40,438 nt of DNA from a virus. Within the stretch, counting starts at the first letter, position 1; each line of letters starts with the position of its first letter. Where the stretch lies: IMG/VR virus record IMGVR_UViG_3300030043_000002; one strand, 5' to 3'. This document shows positions 1 to 7,797 of this stretch, piece after piece. The position numbers and the translations under genes are program-made. The notes beneath the pieces are model-generated. The model saw only the letters and a list, made by a program, of their open reading frames with translations. It did no database searches and had not been told where the DNA came from.

Positions 1-127
1 GATTTTGAAAAAATATTCATCAACTATTGTAAATATAATAATTTCAAATTAGAAGAGATTCAATATTTGATGACGATGATGAACACATTTGTATATTTGA
101 ATAAGCCTACGATGTAAAACCGCTTTA
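1..127. repeat. terminal overlap, left copy (circular assembly overlap or short direct terminal repeat)
   Basis: By my count 9..127 is identical to 40320..40438 (119 bp). Homology continues back to base 1 versus 40313, except that the A-run is 6 A here (8..13) and 5 A at 40320..40324. Confidence 0.9.
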
Positions 128-130
128 CAT
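112..130 (+). repeat. 19-bp palindromic motif, copy 1 (ATGTAAA-ACCGC-TTTACAT)
   Basis: Sequence atgtaaaaccgctttacat has 7-bp inverted arms around an asymmetric 5-nt centre. It lies in the terL-to-portal intergenic region; a truncated duplicate at 40423..40438 belongs to the terminal overlap. Confidence 0.85.
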
Positions 131-293
131 CATCCAGATTGCATAATTAAAGCTTTAATGATAATGTTTCGATCAAGTAATTCTTATTGATTTAGAGGTT
201 ATTATCGGCTTATATATCGCTCCATGGCAAAACAATGTAGAGCCCAATCAAGGCAATGTCAGGCACTGGCTGGATAATCTCTATGCTAAGTTT

Positions 294-2369
294 ATGCCTT
301 TGGAACAAGCGCGTTGGAATCAGGCGAACATTGACACTTTATTCTACGCCGGTGCACAGACATTTGTTAATCGACACTTTAACGTAAGTCAAAGTACTAA
401 TCAAAAGTATTACTTCAATTTGGTCCAACAACCTATCAACATGGTTACTGGCTATCAACGTCAACATCGTAAGTCTATTAAGTACCAAGCTACAGATGGC
501 GCAGATCCTCACACTACAGATCAATACACACGACTGATAATGAATGTGGCCCAGAAAGAGGGAATCAACGAGACATATTCTAAGTCTTGCGAATTAGCTG
601 CCGTGGCTGGTATGAATTTGATGCAACCATATTTAGATTATACTGGTGATGATCCAGCTCAAGGCCAACTTAAAGTTAAAGTATGGGAATACAACTCGTT
701 TCTTATAGATCCTTACTTCCGCAATCCTGATATGTCCGATGCTCAGTTTGTTTGGTGTCAGGAATATATAAGTAAGAATGAAGCAGAGAGTCGTTTTCCT
801 GATAAGATACAGCAAGTAAAGCCGATGGCAGGGAGTCCACAAAGATATGGATCATTCTATTTCCTCCCGGAAAATTACAATATGGCCCGAAATGACCTCA
901 TGGTTTTATCCTACGTCTGGTATAAGTGGAAAAAGAAAAAAAAGCGCCTATATAGTCGCAAACGCAATCAGTTTTTTGATTATGCCGGAGGAGATGAGAA
1001 CTTAGAACAAATCCTGTATGCTATCGATGATATGGAAGAAGTCACCGTTGAAATACCATGCTGGAAACTAGCAACAGTGCTCAATGATCAACTAATGTAC
1101 ATTGGTGAAAACCCTCTTTGGGATGGTCCAGAGTGCCCTTTTATTCCAAATTATTGGAACTACGACCCTCACATTAATTACTATGACCTTCGCTCACGCT
1201 CTTTGACATATACCATGCGTTCACCTCAATACTTATTTAACCATAAGATAATCAACAATTTAGATATATCTGAAGCTACTATTAACGCTGGATGGATGCG
1301 TAAGATCGGTGCTGTAGCTAATGAGGATAATCTCAAGAAAGCTGGACAAGGTTGGGATGTCATTATCAATGAAGGTTACGAGTTAACAGATGTCCAAAAG
1401 ATTATTCCTAGCGCTGTTCCTGAATCTGATCTAGCTTTAGCACAACAATTATCAGACTTAATATTCAAAACGTCTGGTATAGACATGGAGAATTGGTCAG
1501 GTCAGCAGGATAAACAAATCTCATCCCTTACAATGCTGTTGAAACAAGCCTCAAACTTGATGGTATTCCAGAAATACTTCGATCAATGGGATTATTCATT
1601 AAAACTACTTGGAGAGAGACTACTACAAATCGTACTGTACAATTGGAATGCAGAGAAAGTTGGCATGATGATTGGCGAAGAGCCTTCACCGCATTTCTAC
1701 TCTAGAGTGTTTGCTAAGTATCATACGATAGTCGAAGAAGGACTACTAACTTCAACTCAACGTAATATACAAGCTCAGCAGATGCTCGATATCAACACTA
1801 CATTTGGGCGCGAAGTAATACCGCCTAGTATGATTATTAAAGACATGAATATACAAGGTAAAGCGGAGATTCTTGAGTTCCTACAACAACAAGAACAACA
1901 AGCACAAGAAATGCAGCAAGAAGACTATACGCTCAAACATGCATTTGAGAATGCTAAACTTAAAGAACTATATTCTAAAGCTACTGCAAACATTGCTAGA
2001 GCACGTGAAGATCATAGCCGTAGTGAATCCAATTTAGGACTCTATGAAGAGCGTCTAAGCATGATTGAACGCAACAGAGCTCTTTCACTCAAAGAGAAAC
2101 AAGCTGCACTAACATCCCTTCTTGATAATATGCAGCGATTTGGTCAGATTGAAACAGAGTATGCAGACAATAAACTAACAGTTGATGAGTACAATATTAG
2201 ATCAGAAGAAGAGAAAGAGAAAGATGATGTCCAAAGACGCACTGAATCTAATAAATTCATGGAACAAATATTAAATCTGGGTATGGATACGCTGCAAGAA
2301 GCTGAACGAAATCAACAGCAGCAACCACAAGAACAAGAATCTGGACAACAAAGTCAGGAAATGGTTTAG
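294..2369 (+). CDS. portal protein (putative)
   Basis: This 691-aa ORF is the first large gene after terL on the circular map, the canonical terL-portal order. It has a long C-terminal coiled-coil and a Q/E-rich tail, as in portals with a helical barrel extension. The frame is open upstream to 165 with no canonical start, so the N-terminus is uncertain. Confidence 0.7.
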   Translation: MPLEQARWNQANIDTLFYAGAQTFVNRHFNVSQSTNQKYYFNLVQQPINMVTGYQRQHRKSIKYQATDGADPHTTDQYTRLIMNVAQKEGINETYSKSCELAAVAGMNLMQPYLDYTGDDPAQGQLKVKVWEYNSFLIDPYFRNPDMSDAQFVWCQEYISKNEAESRFPDKIQQVKPMAGSPQRYGSFYFLPENYNMARNDLMVLSYVWYKWKKKKKRLYSRKRNQFFDYAGGDENLEQILYAIDDMEEVTVEIPCWKLATVLNDQLMYIGENPLWDGPECPFIPNYWNYDPHINYYDLRSRSLTYTMRSPQYLFNHKIINNLDISEATINAGWMRKIGAVANEDNLKKAGQGWDVIINEGYELTDVQKIIPSAVPESDLALAQQLSDLIFKTSGIDMENWSGQQDKQISSLTMLLKQASNLMVFQKYFDQWDYSLKLLGERLLQIVLYNWNAEKVGMMIGEEPSPHFYSRVFAKYHTIVEEGLLTSTQRNIQAQQMLDINTTFGREVIPPSMIIKDMNIQGKAEILEFLQQQEQQAQEMQQEDYTLKHAFENAKLKELYSKATANIARAREDHSRSESNLGLYEERLSMIERNRALSLKEKQAALTSLLDNMQRFGQIETEYADNKLTVDEYNIRSEEEKEKDDVQRRTESNKFMEQILNLGMDTLQEAERNQQQQPQEQESGQQSQEMV

Positions 2370-2420
2370 TTATATTAAATAAATAGTTGTCACTAAAGAC
2401 ACAAAACAATGTAGGTTTAT

Positions 2421-2672
2421 ATGGCAGGCAGCGGTCAAAGAATGGATAAAGAGAAGTCAGGTGGAATGAGAATTGATGACCATGCGTTTTTCGCGGGTAA
2501 GGGTTCTCCAACATTTCCTAAAGGCGTTCATACTAAAGATGAATCTAGTGCAGAAGGCGCAGGCGAAGTCATGAAGTATGAAGATACATCAGCAGCGATC
2601 AAAGCTGGTCAGGTTGAAGGCACAAAGAAAGTTAAACAGCATCCAATGAAGCAGCCAAATTACAGAAACTAA
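2421..2672 (+). CDS. hypothetical small basic protein
   Basis: 83-aa ORF downstream of the portal on the same strand, followed by a hairpin at 2689..2706. Confidence 0.5.
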   Translation: MAGSGQRMDKEKSGGMRIDDHAFFAGKGSPTFPKGVHTKDESSAEGAGEVMKYEDTSAAIKAGQVEGTKKVKQHPMKQPNYRN

Positions 2673-2688
2673 TTCGTGTAAGGGAAAG

Positions 2689-2709
2689 GCTTATAGCATT
2701 ATAAGCTTT
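2689..2709 (+). terminator. hairpin, possible weak terminator
   Basis: Stem gcttata and tataagc (7 bp) around loop gcat, followed by ttt. Confidence 0.35.
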
Positions 2710-2744
2710 CGAAAGGGCCTTCTCTTCACTTTTAAAGGATTACT

Positions 2745-3029
2745 ATGAAAGAAAAAAGCCAACGCATCAATTCTAAATCTCACTTTTCCGATCCTATCAA
2801 GATCAAGACACAGAGAGAGGAAGATAAGCCAAAAGATGGCAAGAATTCTCCGTGGGATTATAGATGTCCTCAATATGACCAACGTTCAAGTAATTTCATC
2901 AATGCAGGTACTAATTACGGCGTGGGTCAAGCTTCTCCTATTGGGCATAAAGGCAATCCAAAAAGAACAGTTTCAACATTGCCTATGACTAGCGATTTTG
3001 AGACTATGAGGGTAGATGAAACCCGTTAA
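2745..3029 (+). CDS. hypothetical protein
   Basis: 94-aa ORF containing an AGTNYGVG motif similar to the next small ORF. Confidence 0.5.
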   Translation: MKEKSQRINSKSHFSDPIKIKTQREEDKPKDGKNSPWDYRCPQYDQRSSNFINAGTNYGVGQASPIGHKGNPKRTVSTLPMTSDFETMRVDETR

Positions 3030-3189
3030 GAAGACCAAAGAATGGCATTCGTCGCCCTCTAAAATTGGCATGGGAGATTACTACGGTACTGCAATCAAGC
3101 AAAAGACTGCAAGATTGCGTGATTCTTATAGTGAAATTCCTACCATGACTAACAAAAAGATGGGAACTCCTCCAAAGAGTTTGGCTTAA
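3016..3189 (+). CDS. hypothetical small protein (57 aa, below ORF-track cutoff)
   Basis: The ATG at 3016 overlaps the end of the previous ORF, and the stop TAA is at 3187..3189. Product is MKPVKKTKEWHSSPSKIGMGDYYGTAIKQK...; its GMGDYYGTA motif parallels AGTNYGVGQA in the upstream ORF. Confidence 0.45.
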   Translation: MKPVKKTKEWHSSPSKIGMGDYYGTAIKQKTARLRDSYSEIPTMTNKKMGTPPKSLA

Positions 3190-3262
3190 TCTTTTTTTAT
3201 TTCATTAATTAAAACAATACCTTATCTTAATAATCATATAAAAATAAACAAAAGGAAAAAGC

Positions 3263-3487
3263 ATGGATTTTTTTGAAGCAATGAAAGAAATGAGCGAAGG
3301 ACAAAAAGTAAGGTTAAAATCTTGGCCTAACGAAAAATATATCGGAATCAAAGAAGAAGAAGTAAAACTCTTTGGAAAAAGAAAAACTAGATATACCGTA
3401 ATAAATTCCGATGAATCAGAACTATCACCTCTAATCCCATTTTCAGTTTTAGTTACTGCTGATTGGGATTATCACATTGAAGATTAG
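3263..3487 (+). CDS. DUF2829-like small protein (Tad2-type candidate anti-Thoeris sponge family)
   Basis: 74 aa. The N-terminus MDFFEAMKEMSEGQKVRLKSWP and the C-terminus LVTADWDY match my memory of the DUF2829 pattern (F.EAl.alk.GkkvrR.gW ... dllAeDW). It has its own AT-rich upstream region and an SD-like aaagga. Confidence 0.55.
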   Translation: MDFFEAMKEMSEGQKVRLKSWPNEKYIGIKEEEVKLFGKRKTRYTVINSDESELSPLIPFSVLVTADWDYHIED

Positions 3488-3773
3488 ATCCTTTTTTAGT
3501 TGATTCTTCTATATTGTCTTCACAGAAATATAGAAGAAGACTTTTTACTTGACTTAGTCGAACTTTTATGCTAAAACCTTGCTCCCAATTGCTATTAAAC
3601 TTAGTTTTATCAATAAAATCAATTAAATCATTTATCAATTCCAGGGTTGCTTTTAGCGGTATTTCTTTGTGATTACAATCATGTTTTGCTGCAATTTCTG
3701 AAATCCATTTTTGATCTTCAAACTTTTTTAAAAAAGAAAACTTTTCAATAAGAATTTTAGGCGATAATTTCAT
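3453..3773 (-). CDS. hypothetical protein
   Basis: 106-aa ORF, last gene of a three-gene minus-strand cassette. Its 3' end overlaps the convergent 3263..3487 gene by 35 nt. Confidence 0.5.
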   Translation of the reverse strand: MKLSPKILIEKFSFLKKFEDQKWISEIAAKHDCNHKEIPLKATLELINDLIDFIDKTKFNSNWEQGFSIKVRLSQVKSLLLYFCEDNIEESTKKGSNLQCDNPNQQ

Positions 3774-3962
3774 TTAAATATTTCCTTTGGTAAATTTATT
3801 TATTGCTTTATGTTTATCCAAAGGAATCAATAATATTTTTGCTATAACGAGCAATAGATTCTTTTGTCTATTTGCATATTCAATGGGATCACAAATCATA
3901 GTGGCTTGAAAATAAACTCTATTCAATTCTTCCAATATATTTACTTCTTCTTCATTTAACAT
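3774..3962 (-). CDS. hypothetical protein
   Basis: 62-aa ORF, tightly packed with both neighbours. Confidence 0.5.
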   Translation of the reverse strand: MLNEEEVNILEELNRVYFQATMICDPIEYANRQKNLLLVIAKILLIPLDKHKAINKFTKGNI

Positions 3963-4467
3963 ATATATTTTCCATCATTTTCTTATTCCTAACATCAGCT
4001 AGTTTCTCATCAATAATAGCTTGCAAGATCATTTTTTGTCGATCTTCTGGCATATCATCTGGATGAGGTTTCTCAAGTTCCTCTTTGTTATGTAAGAATT
4101 GGTTGATAGACCAAAGTGATAGATTATCTTCAGTTACTTTTCCCTTCTGATACTGTTTCCACATGGCTTTATCAGGAATGATCCAAACGATTTCTATCAT
4201 ATCTGTTTTAGAAATAGCCCTGAATAGGTAAGAGTTATCCGATGCTTCTGGAATAGATAATCGAGGTTGCCAATATAAAGCTTTATTGACCCCGTCCTCA
4301 GCAGTTCTTGGATGAGCGTAAAGATAAATATACTCCGACTTTTCTTGAATAGCTAATGACAAGGGATTATTTTTTAAACAATCCTCAGCGCCTTGGAATA
4401 CATTGGCAGACTGATCTTTGATCAAATGCTCTTTTCTATCGTGTGTTTCTAGTAGTTGTATTTTCAT
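3952..4467 (-). CDS. hypothetical protein
   Basis: 171 aa from the ATG at 4467 (MKIQLLETHDRKEHL...). The ORF track extends it to a TTG at 4482. No motif recognised. Confidence 0.6.
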   Translation of the reverse strand: MKIQLLETHDRKEHLIKDQSANVFQGAEDCLKNNPLSLAIQEKSEYIYLYAHPRTAEDGVNKALYWQPRLSIPEASDNSYLFRAISKTDMIEIVWIIPDKAMWKQYQKGKVTEDNLSLWSINQFLHNKEELEKPHPDDMPEDRQKMILQAIIDEKLADVRNKKMMENIYVK

Positions 4468-4554
4468 TATTGTTGCCGTCAAATTATAATTTAAGTTATC
4501 TATATCTCAAACACTAACCGCAGTCCAGCGTTAAAGGCACAAGGTATATAATAT

Positions 4555-5202
4555 ATGACAGTTCCGACACAAGAAAATCAAACACAGGCTAACCAGCCTA
4601 CCGACAAAGAGCTAAATTTTCGTGCGCTAGAAAACAGATACAAGGCACAACTCGAACAAGAACGTCAAGCACGTTTAGAAGCAGAACAAAAGATTCAACA
4701 ATACTCACAGAGACCACAAGACGAAGAAGAAGACACAGAGCCGTATGTAGACCACAAAAAACTTAATAGAACCCTTGCAAAGCATGGTCAAACTACTCAA
4801 AGCGAAATCCAAAAAGCCATGGAATATGCAAAGCAAGCAGCTAAAGAGGAGTTAAAACAAGAGATGTGGCTAGAAAACAATCCAGACTTCTACGAGGTTC
4901 TTAAACATGCAGACAAATTTGCAGACAGATCTCCAAAACTTGCGAACAGCATTCTTAGAATGCCTGAAGGATTCGAGAGACAAAAACTTGTCTACGAGAA
5001 TATCAAAGAACTTGGAATTGATAAGCCAGCTGCAAAAATCCCTACAATCCAAGACAAAATAGATTCCAATCGTAGAAGTCCATACTATCAGCCATCTGGC
5101 GTAGGAACCTCACCGTATTCCTCGCAATCAGATTTTAGCGCATCTGGACAGAAGACAGCCTATGAAAAAATGAAAGCATTACAAAAAAACCTAAATATTT
5201 AA
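4555..5202 (+). CDS. scaffolding protein (putative)
   Basis: 215 aa, Q/E/K-rich with predicted coiled-coil (QLEQERQARLEAEQKIQQ), positioned between portal and capsid genes. Confidence 0.5.
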   Translation: MTVPTQENQTQANQPTDKELNFRALENRYKAQLEQERQARLEAEQKIQQYSQRPQDEEEDTEPYVDHKKLNRTLAKHGQTTQSEIQKAMEYAKQAAKEELKQEMWLENNPDFYEVLKHADKFADRSPKLANSILRMPEGFERQKLVYENIKELGIDKPAAKIPTIQDKIDSNRRSPYYQPSGVGTSPYSSQSDFSASGQKTAYEKMKALQKNLNI

Positions 5203-5441
5203 TGAAAAAAGAAATGGCAATGTTACCTAACGGTAATTACGAACAAATTACAAGTCCGATTCAGCATAATTGTAAATCCACATGTTCTCAATGGACATGT
5301 GTTGAATATGGTTGGGAAAAGGGTAGGTTGCGTCTCCAAATAGAAGATGGAGATCCCTATGAAGATGGCTATAGTTATGAAATAGATATTATGTATTGCC
5401 CTTTTTGCGGATACAAATCAACAGAAAACAAAAAAAACTAA
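5202..5441 (+). CDS. small Cys-rich zinc-ribbon-like protein
   Basis: 79 aa with C..C...C and CPFCGY motifs; its start overlaps the upstream stop (TAATG). Confidence 0.55.
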   Translation: MKKEMAMLPNGNYEQITSPIQHNCKSTCSQWTCVEYGWEKGRLRLQIEDGDPYEDGYSYEIDIMYCPFCGYKSTENKKN

Positions 5442-5451
5442 GGAAAAAAAA

Positions 5452-5592
5452 ATGTCTCACAAGAAAGAAGAAAAACACGAAAAGAAAAAAGAAATGCCTA
5501 AAAAGAAAGAATCACATAAAGAAAAAATGTCTTGCAAGGGTATGAAAGAGCCTAAAGGCATGAAAGAAAAAGAAATGAAAAAAAAGAAATAA
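5452..5592 (+). CDS. lysine-rich 46-aa protein (below ORF-track cutoff)
   Basis: SD aagga lies upstream of the ATG at 5452. Product is MSHKKEEKHEKKKEMPKKKESHKEK...; stop at 5590..5592 is followed by a terminator. Confidence 0.4.
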   Translation: MSHKKEEKHEKKKEMPKKKESHKEKMSCKGMKEPKGMKEKEMKKKK

Positions 5593-5602
5593 TTTTTAAT
5601 TC

Positions 5603-5640
5603 AGTCGGTTACATTTATGTAACCGACTCGATTTTATTTT
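5603..5640. terminator. bidirectional rho-independent terminator
   Basis: Perfect 11-bp stem agtcggttaca and tgtaaccgact with loop ttta, then attttatttt. It sits between convergent genes. Confidence 0.7.
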
Positions 5641-5885
5641 GGAATTTTAACACTAGATGGATATGCCCAATAATCACAACATTTGATATCAAATTGAATA
5701 TCTTCCAATGGATTATCTGTGTAAAAATCTACTGGATAATATTCACCATGATCTATTTTATCAGTGACAAGATTGTGAGCATGACAATCAAAGTTAATAA
5801 TTCCAACGGCCTTGTCTGAAGTATTAATAACAAGAATATTTGCTCCTACGATAGGCATTTTATCTTCAAATCTATGCCATTTCAT
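5634..5885 (-). CDS. DUF551-like protein
   Basis: 83 aa from the ATG at 5885, which forms an ATGA overlap with the upstream stop. MKWHRFEDKMP...ILV...DYWAYP fits the DUF551 outline (W..v.d.lP...vlv...W.P.P). Confidence 0.55.
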   Translation of the reverse strand: MKWHRFEDKMPIVGANILVINTSDKAVGIINFDCHAHNLVTDKIDHGEYYPVDFYTDNPLEDIQFDIKCCDYWAYPSSVKIPK

Positions 5886-6931
5886 ATATGTTTCCACGTT
5901 TTTTTATTTATTATATTCATTACAGCTTCTTTTTTTAATCCAAAAATTTTCATTAACTCATCGATTGAGTATATATCTTCATAATAAAATTCTCTCAAAG
6001 ATAAAACATCGCAATTCTTTAATCTTGTAAAATGTGATAATTCTCCTTTTGGCACGTTTTCATAACGTTTACATCCACATGATGAAGTTTTAAATTCATT
6101 TCCATTCATTCTTTTGATTTTTTTTTTACATATACATGTAAGCTCTAAATACAAATGTTTTTTTTTAAAACCGACTATACCACTAATTTTTAAATATTTA
6201 TATTTAATACCTATTTTTTTGTGTGCTTTTGAAATTATTAAACTTCTTTTATCACAACCACAAGAAAAATTATTATTCTTTATTTCACTGGCACTTCTAG
6301 AAAATTCTTTTCCGCATTCACATAACAAATTCCATAAACTGTCACCTTTCCTTTCCAGAAAAGTTATCATTCCAATTTTTTTCCCGGGATAATTCCCTTT
6401 AATACAATTTTTGCACCACTTACGAGAAGATGAAATGCAAGATTTTGTTATTGAAAACTCATAATTACATACAATGCATCTAACTATTAACTTTGTCTTA
6501 TTTTTAATACCGTTAATATCCAAAACTTCCAAATTTTGATATGTTTTTCCTATATGATATTTTGTTTTTTTTCTTAAAGAACATCGTTGGCAACCTGGTT
6601 TTTTTATTGCATAAAATTGCCTTTTAGAAATCTTACCACATTTACATTCGCATACATATTTATTACGTTTAGAATTATAATCTATTTCTATAACCTTACG
6701 ATCGCAAAATATATCACCGATATTACATAAGGGAACAAACCTAGTTTTTCTTGGATATTTGCTAATACATTGCTTACAACATTTATTTTTAATGGGGGCG
6801 TCTTTATCTTTTAATATTCCGCAACTACATTGGCATATATATGGCCTACGTCTTCCGTGAATAATATCTTTGACAATCCAATCATTAATCTTATCGCCAA
6901 TTTTATATTTACTTGGAGTGCTCATCTTCAA
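5882..6931 (-). CDS. multi-zinc-ribbon DNA-binding protein, homing-endonuclease-like but lacking a nuclease domain
   Basis: 349 aa with five tandem modules of the form IG....V....Y.C.C.CG...(12-16)...C..C, the same module as the N-terminus of the HNH protein at 7798..8448. The C-terminus IDELMKIFGLKKEAVMNIINKKTWKHI resembles the HTH tail of HNH and GIY-YIG homing endonucleases. I found no HNH, GIY-YIG or LAGLIDADG motif. Confidence 0.6.
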   Translation of the reverse strand: MKMSTPSKYKIGDKINDWIVKDIIHGRRRPYICQCSCGILKDKDAPIKNKCCKQCISKYPRKTRFVPLCNIGDIFCDRKVIEIDYNSKRNKYVCECKCGKISKRQFYAIKKPGCQRCSLRKKTKYHIGKTYQNLEVLDINGIKNKTKLIVRCIVCNYEFSITKSCISSSRKWCKNCIKGNYPGKKIGMITFLERKGDSLWNLLCECGKEFSRSASEIKNNNFSCGCDKRSLIISKAHKKIGIKYKYLKISGIVGFKKKHLYLELTCICKKKIKRMNGNEFKTSSCGCKRYENVPKGELSHFTRLKNCDVLSLREFYYEDIYSIDELMKIFGLKKEAVMNIINKKTWKHI

Positions 6932-7652
6932 TCCTATTATGATTTTTAAAGTTATAGATTGAGATGAGAAGTGAATACCAATCTTCGGATGTTCTTTGAG
7001 GTTTTAAATCAAACCATCTAAGATCAAGTTTCTTGAAAAATAATGCTGAATCGAATCCAGTCGTTTTTAAAAGCCAACGTAAAGCCCGTGTAAAGTTATG
7101 ATTTGTAAACATGCTATGTGGTTTGATTCTTTTGTCTTTGGTATAGGAAACAAAATCGAAGAAAAAACACATCACATTTTCTGAATCGTGATTTTGAGGA
7201 AATTTAAACTTACCTGTTTTTAAGAATTCCAATATATTAGAACTTACCACTCCTAGAATTAGGGTTAAAAGCGCTTTAGGCTTCAATCCAGAGGATTTCA
7301 ACATATCCTTAAGCTGAATATACTCAACCTTCTTTTCTTTCACTGCAAAGTAATTTATATAGTTTTCGACTTCAAAAGACTTTTGGTTGACATTGCAATC
7401 AATAAGGTGATCTTCAGCCACAACATCAGATTTTATATAGAATATTTCACATGCAAGTTCTTTGGCAGCTTGTAATCTATGTTGTCCGTCTATCACTTCA
7501 AAGTTTTGATTCACTATAATTGGATGTAAATTGAGATGATTACTTTTTTCGATAGATTGCTTTAATTTCTTCAAATGATATTTATCAATAGGCCTATTAC
7601 CACTCAATATGTTAAATATATTGTAATCATTTGTTTTTTGAACTTGTTCCAT
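6909..7652 (-). CDS. ParB/Srx-fold N-terminal domain protein (DGQHR type)
   Basis: 247 aa. The stretch FNILSGNRPIDKYHLKKLKQSIEKSNHLNLHPIIVNQNFEVIDGQHRLQAAKEL matches the ParB-like nuclease domain pattern (NR...L..si...g...Pi.v....iDG.HRl.Aa). Confidence 0.65.
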   Translation of the reverse strand: MEQVQKTNDYNIFNILSGNRPIDKYHLKKLKQSIEKSNHLNLHPIIVNQNFEVIDGQHRLQAAKELACEIFYIKSDVVAEDHLIDCNVNQKSFEVENYINYFAVKEKKVEYIQLKDMLKSSGLKPKALLTLILGVVSSNILEFLKTGKFKFPQNHDSENVMCFFFDFVSYTKDKRIKPHSMFTNHNFTRALRWLLKTTGFDSALFFKKLDLRWFDLKPQRTSEDWYSLLISIYNFKNHNRIEDEHSK

Positions 7653-7681
7653 TTCGTATTCCTTTTTTGTTTAGATAAACC

Positions 7682-7711
7682 ATTATAAAAATGTTCAAAG
7701 ATTTTTGTCCA
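7682..7711 (-). promoter_or_regulatory. candidate sigma70-like promoter for the ParB-like operon
   Basis: On the minus strand, TGGACA is followed by an 18-nt spacer and TATAAT, about 30 nt upstream of the ATG at 7652. Confidence 0.3.
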
Positions 7712-7797
7712 TGTGAAATAAAGATTATGTTGACAATATAAACATTTAATTTGATATATTGAAATCACGTAAGTACAAACGTTATGTGCGCTTCGCG

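Noticed and set aside
5812-6392. Plus-strand ORFs 5812..6030 and 6114..6392 inside the multi-zinc-ribbon gene region.
   Set aside because: Their translations are hydrophobic low-complexity sequence from the T-rich antisense strand. The minus-strand ORF has a clear repeated Cys-module architecture.
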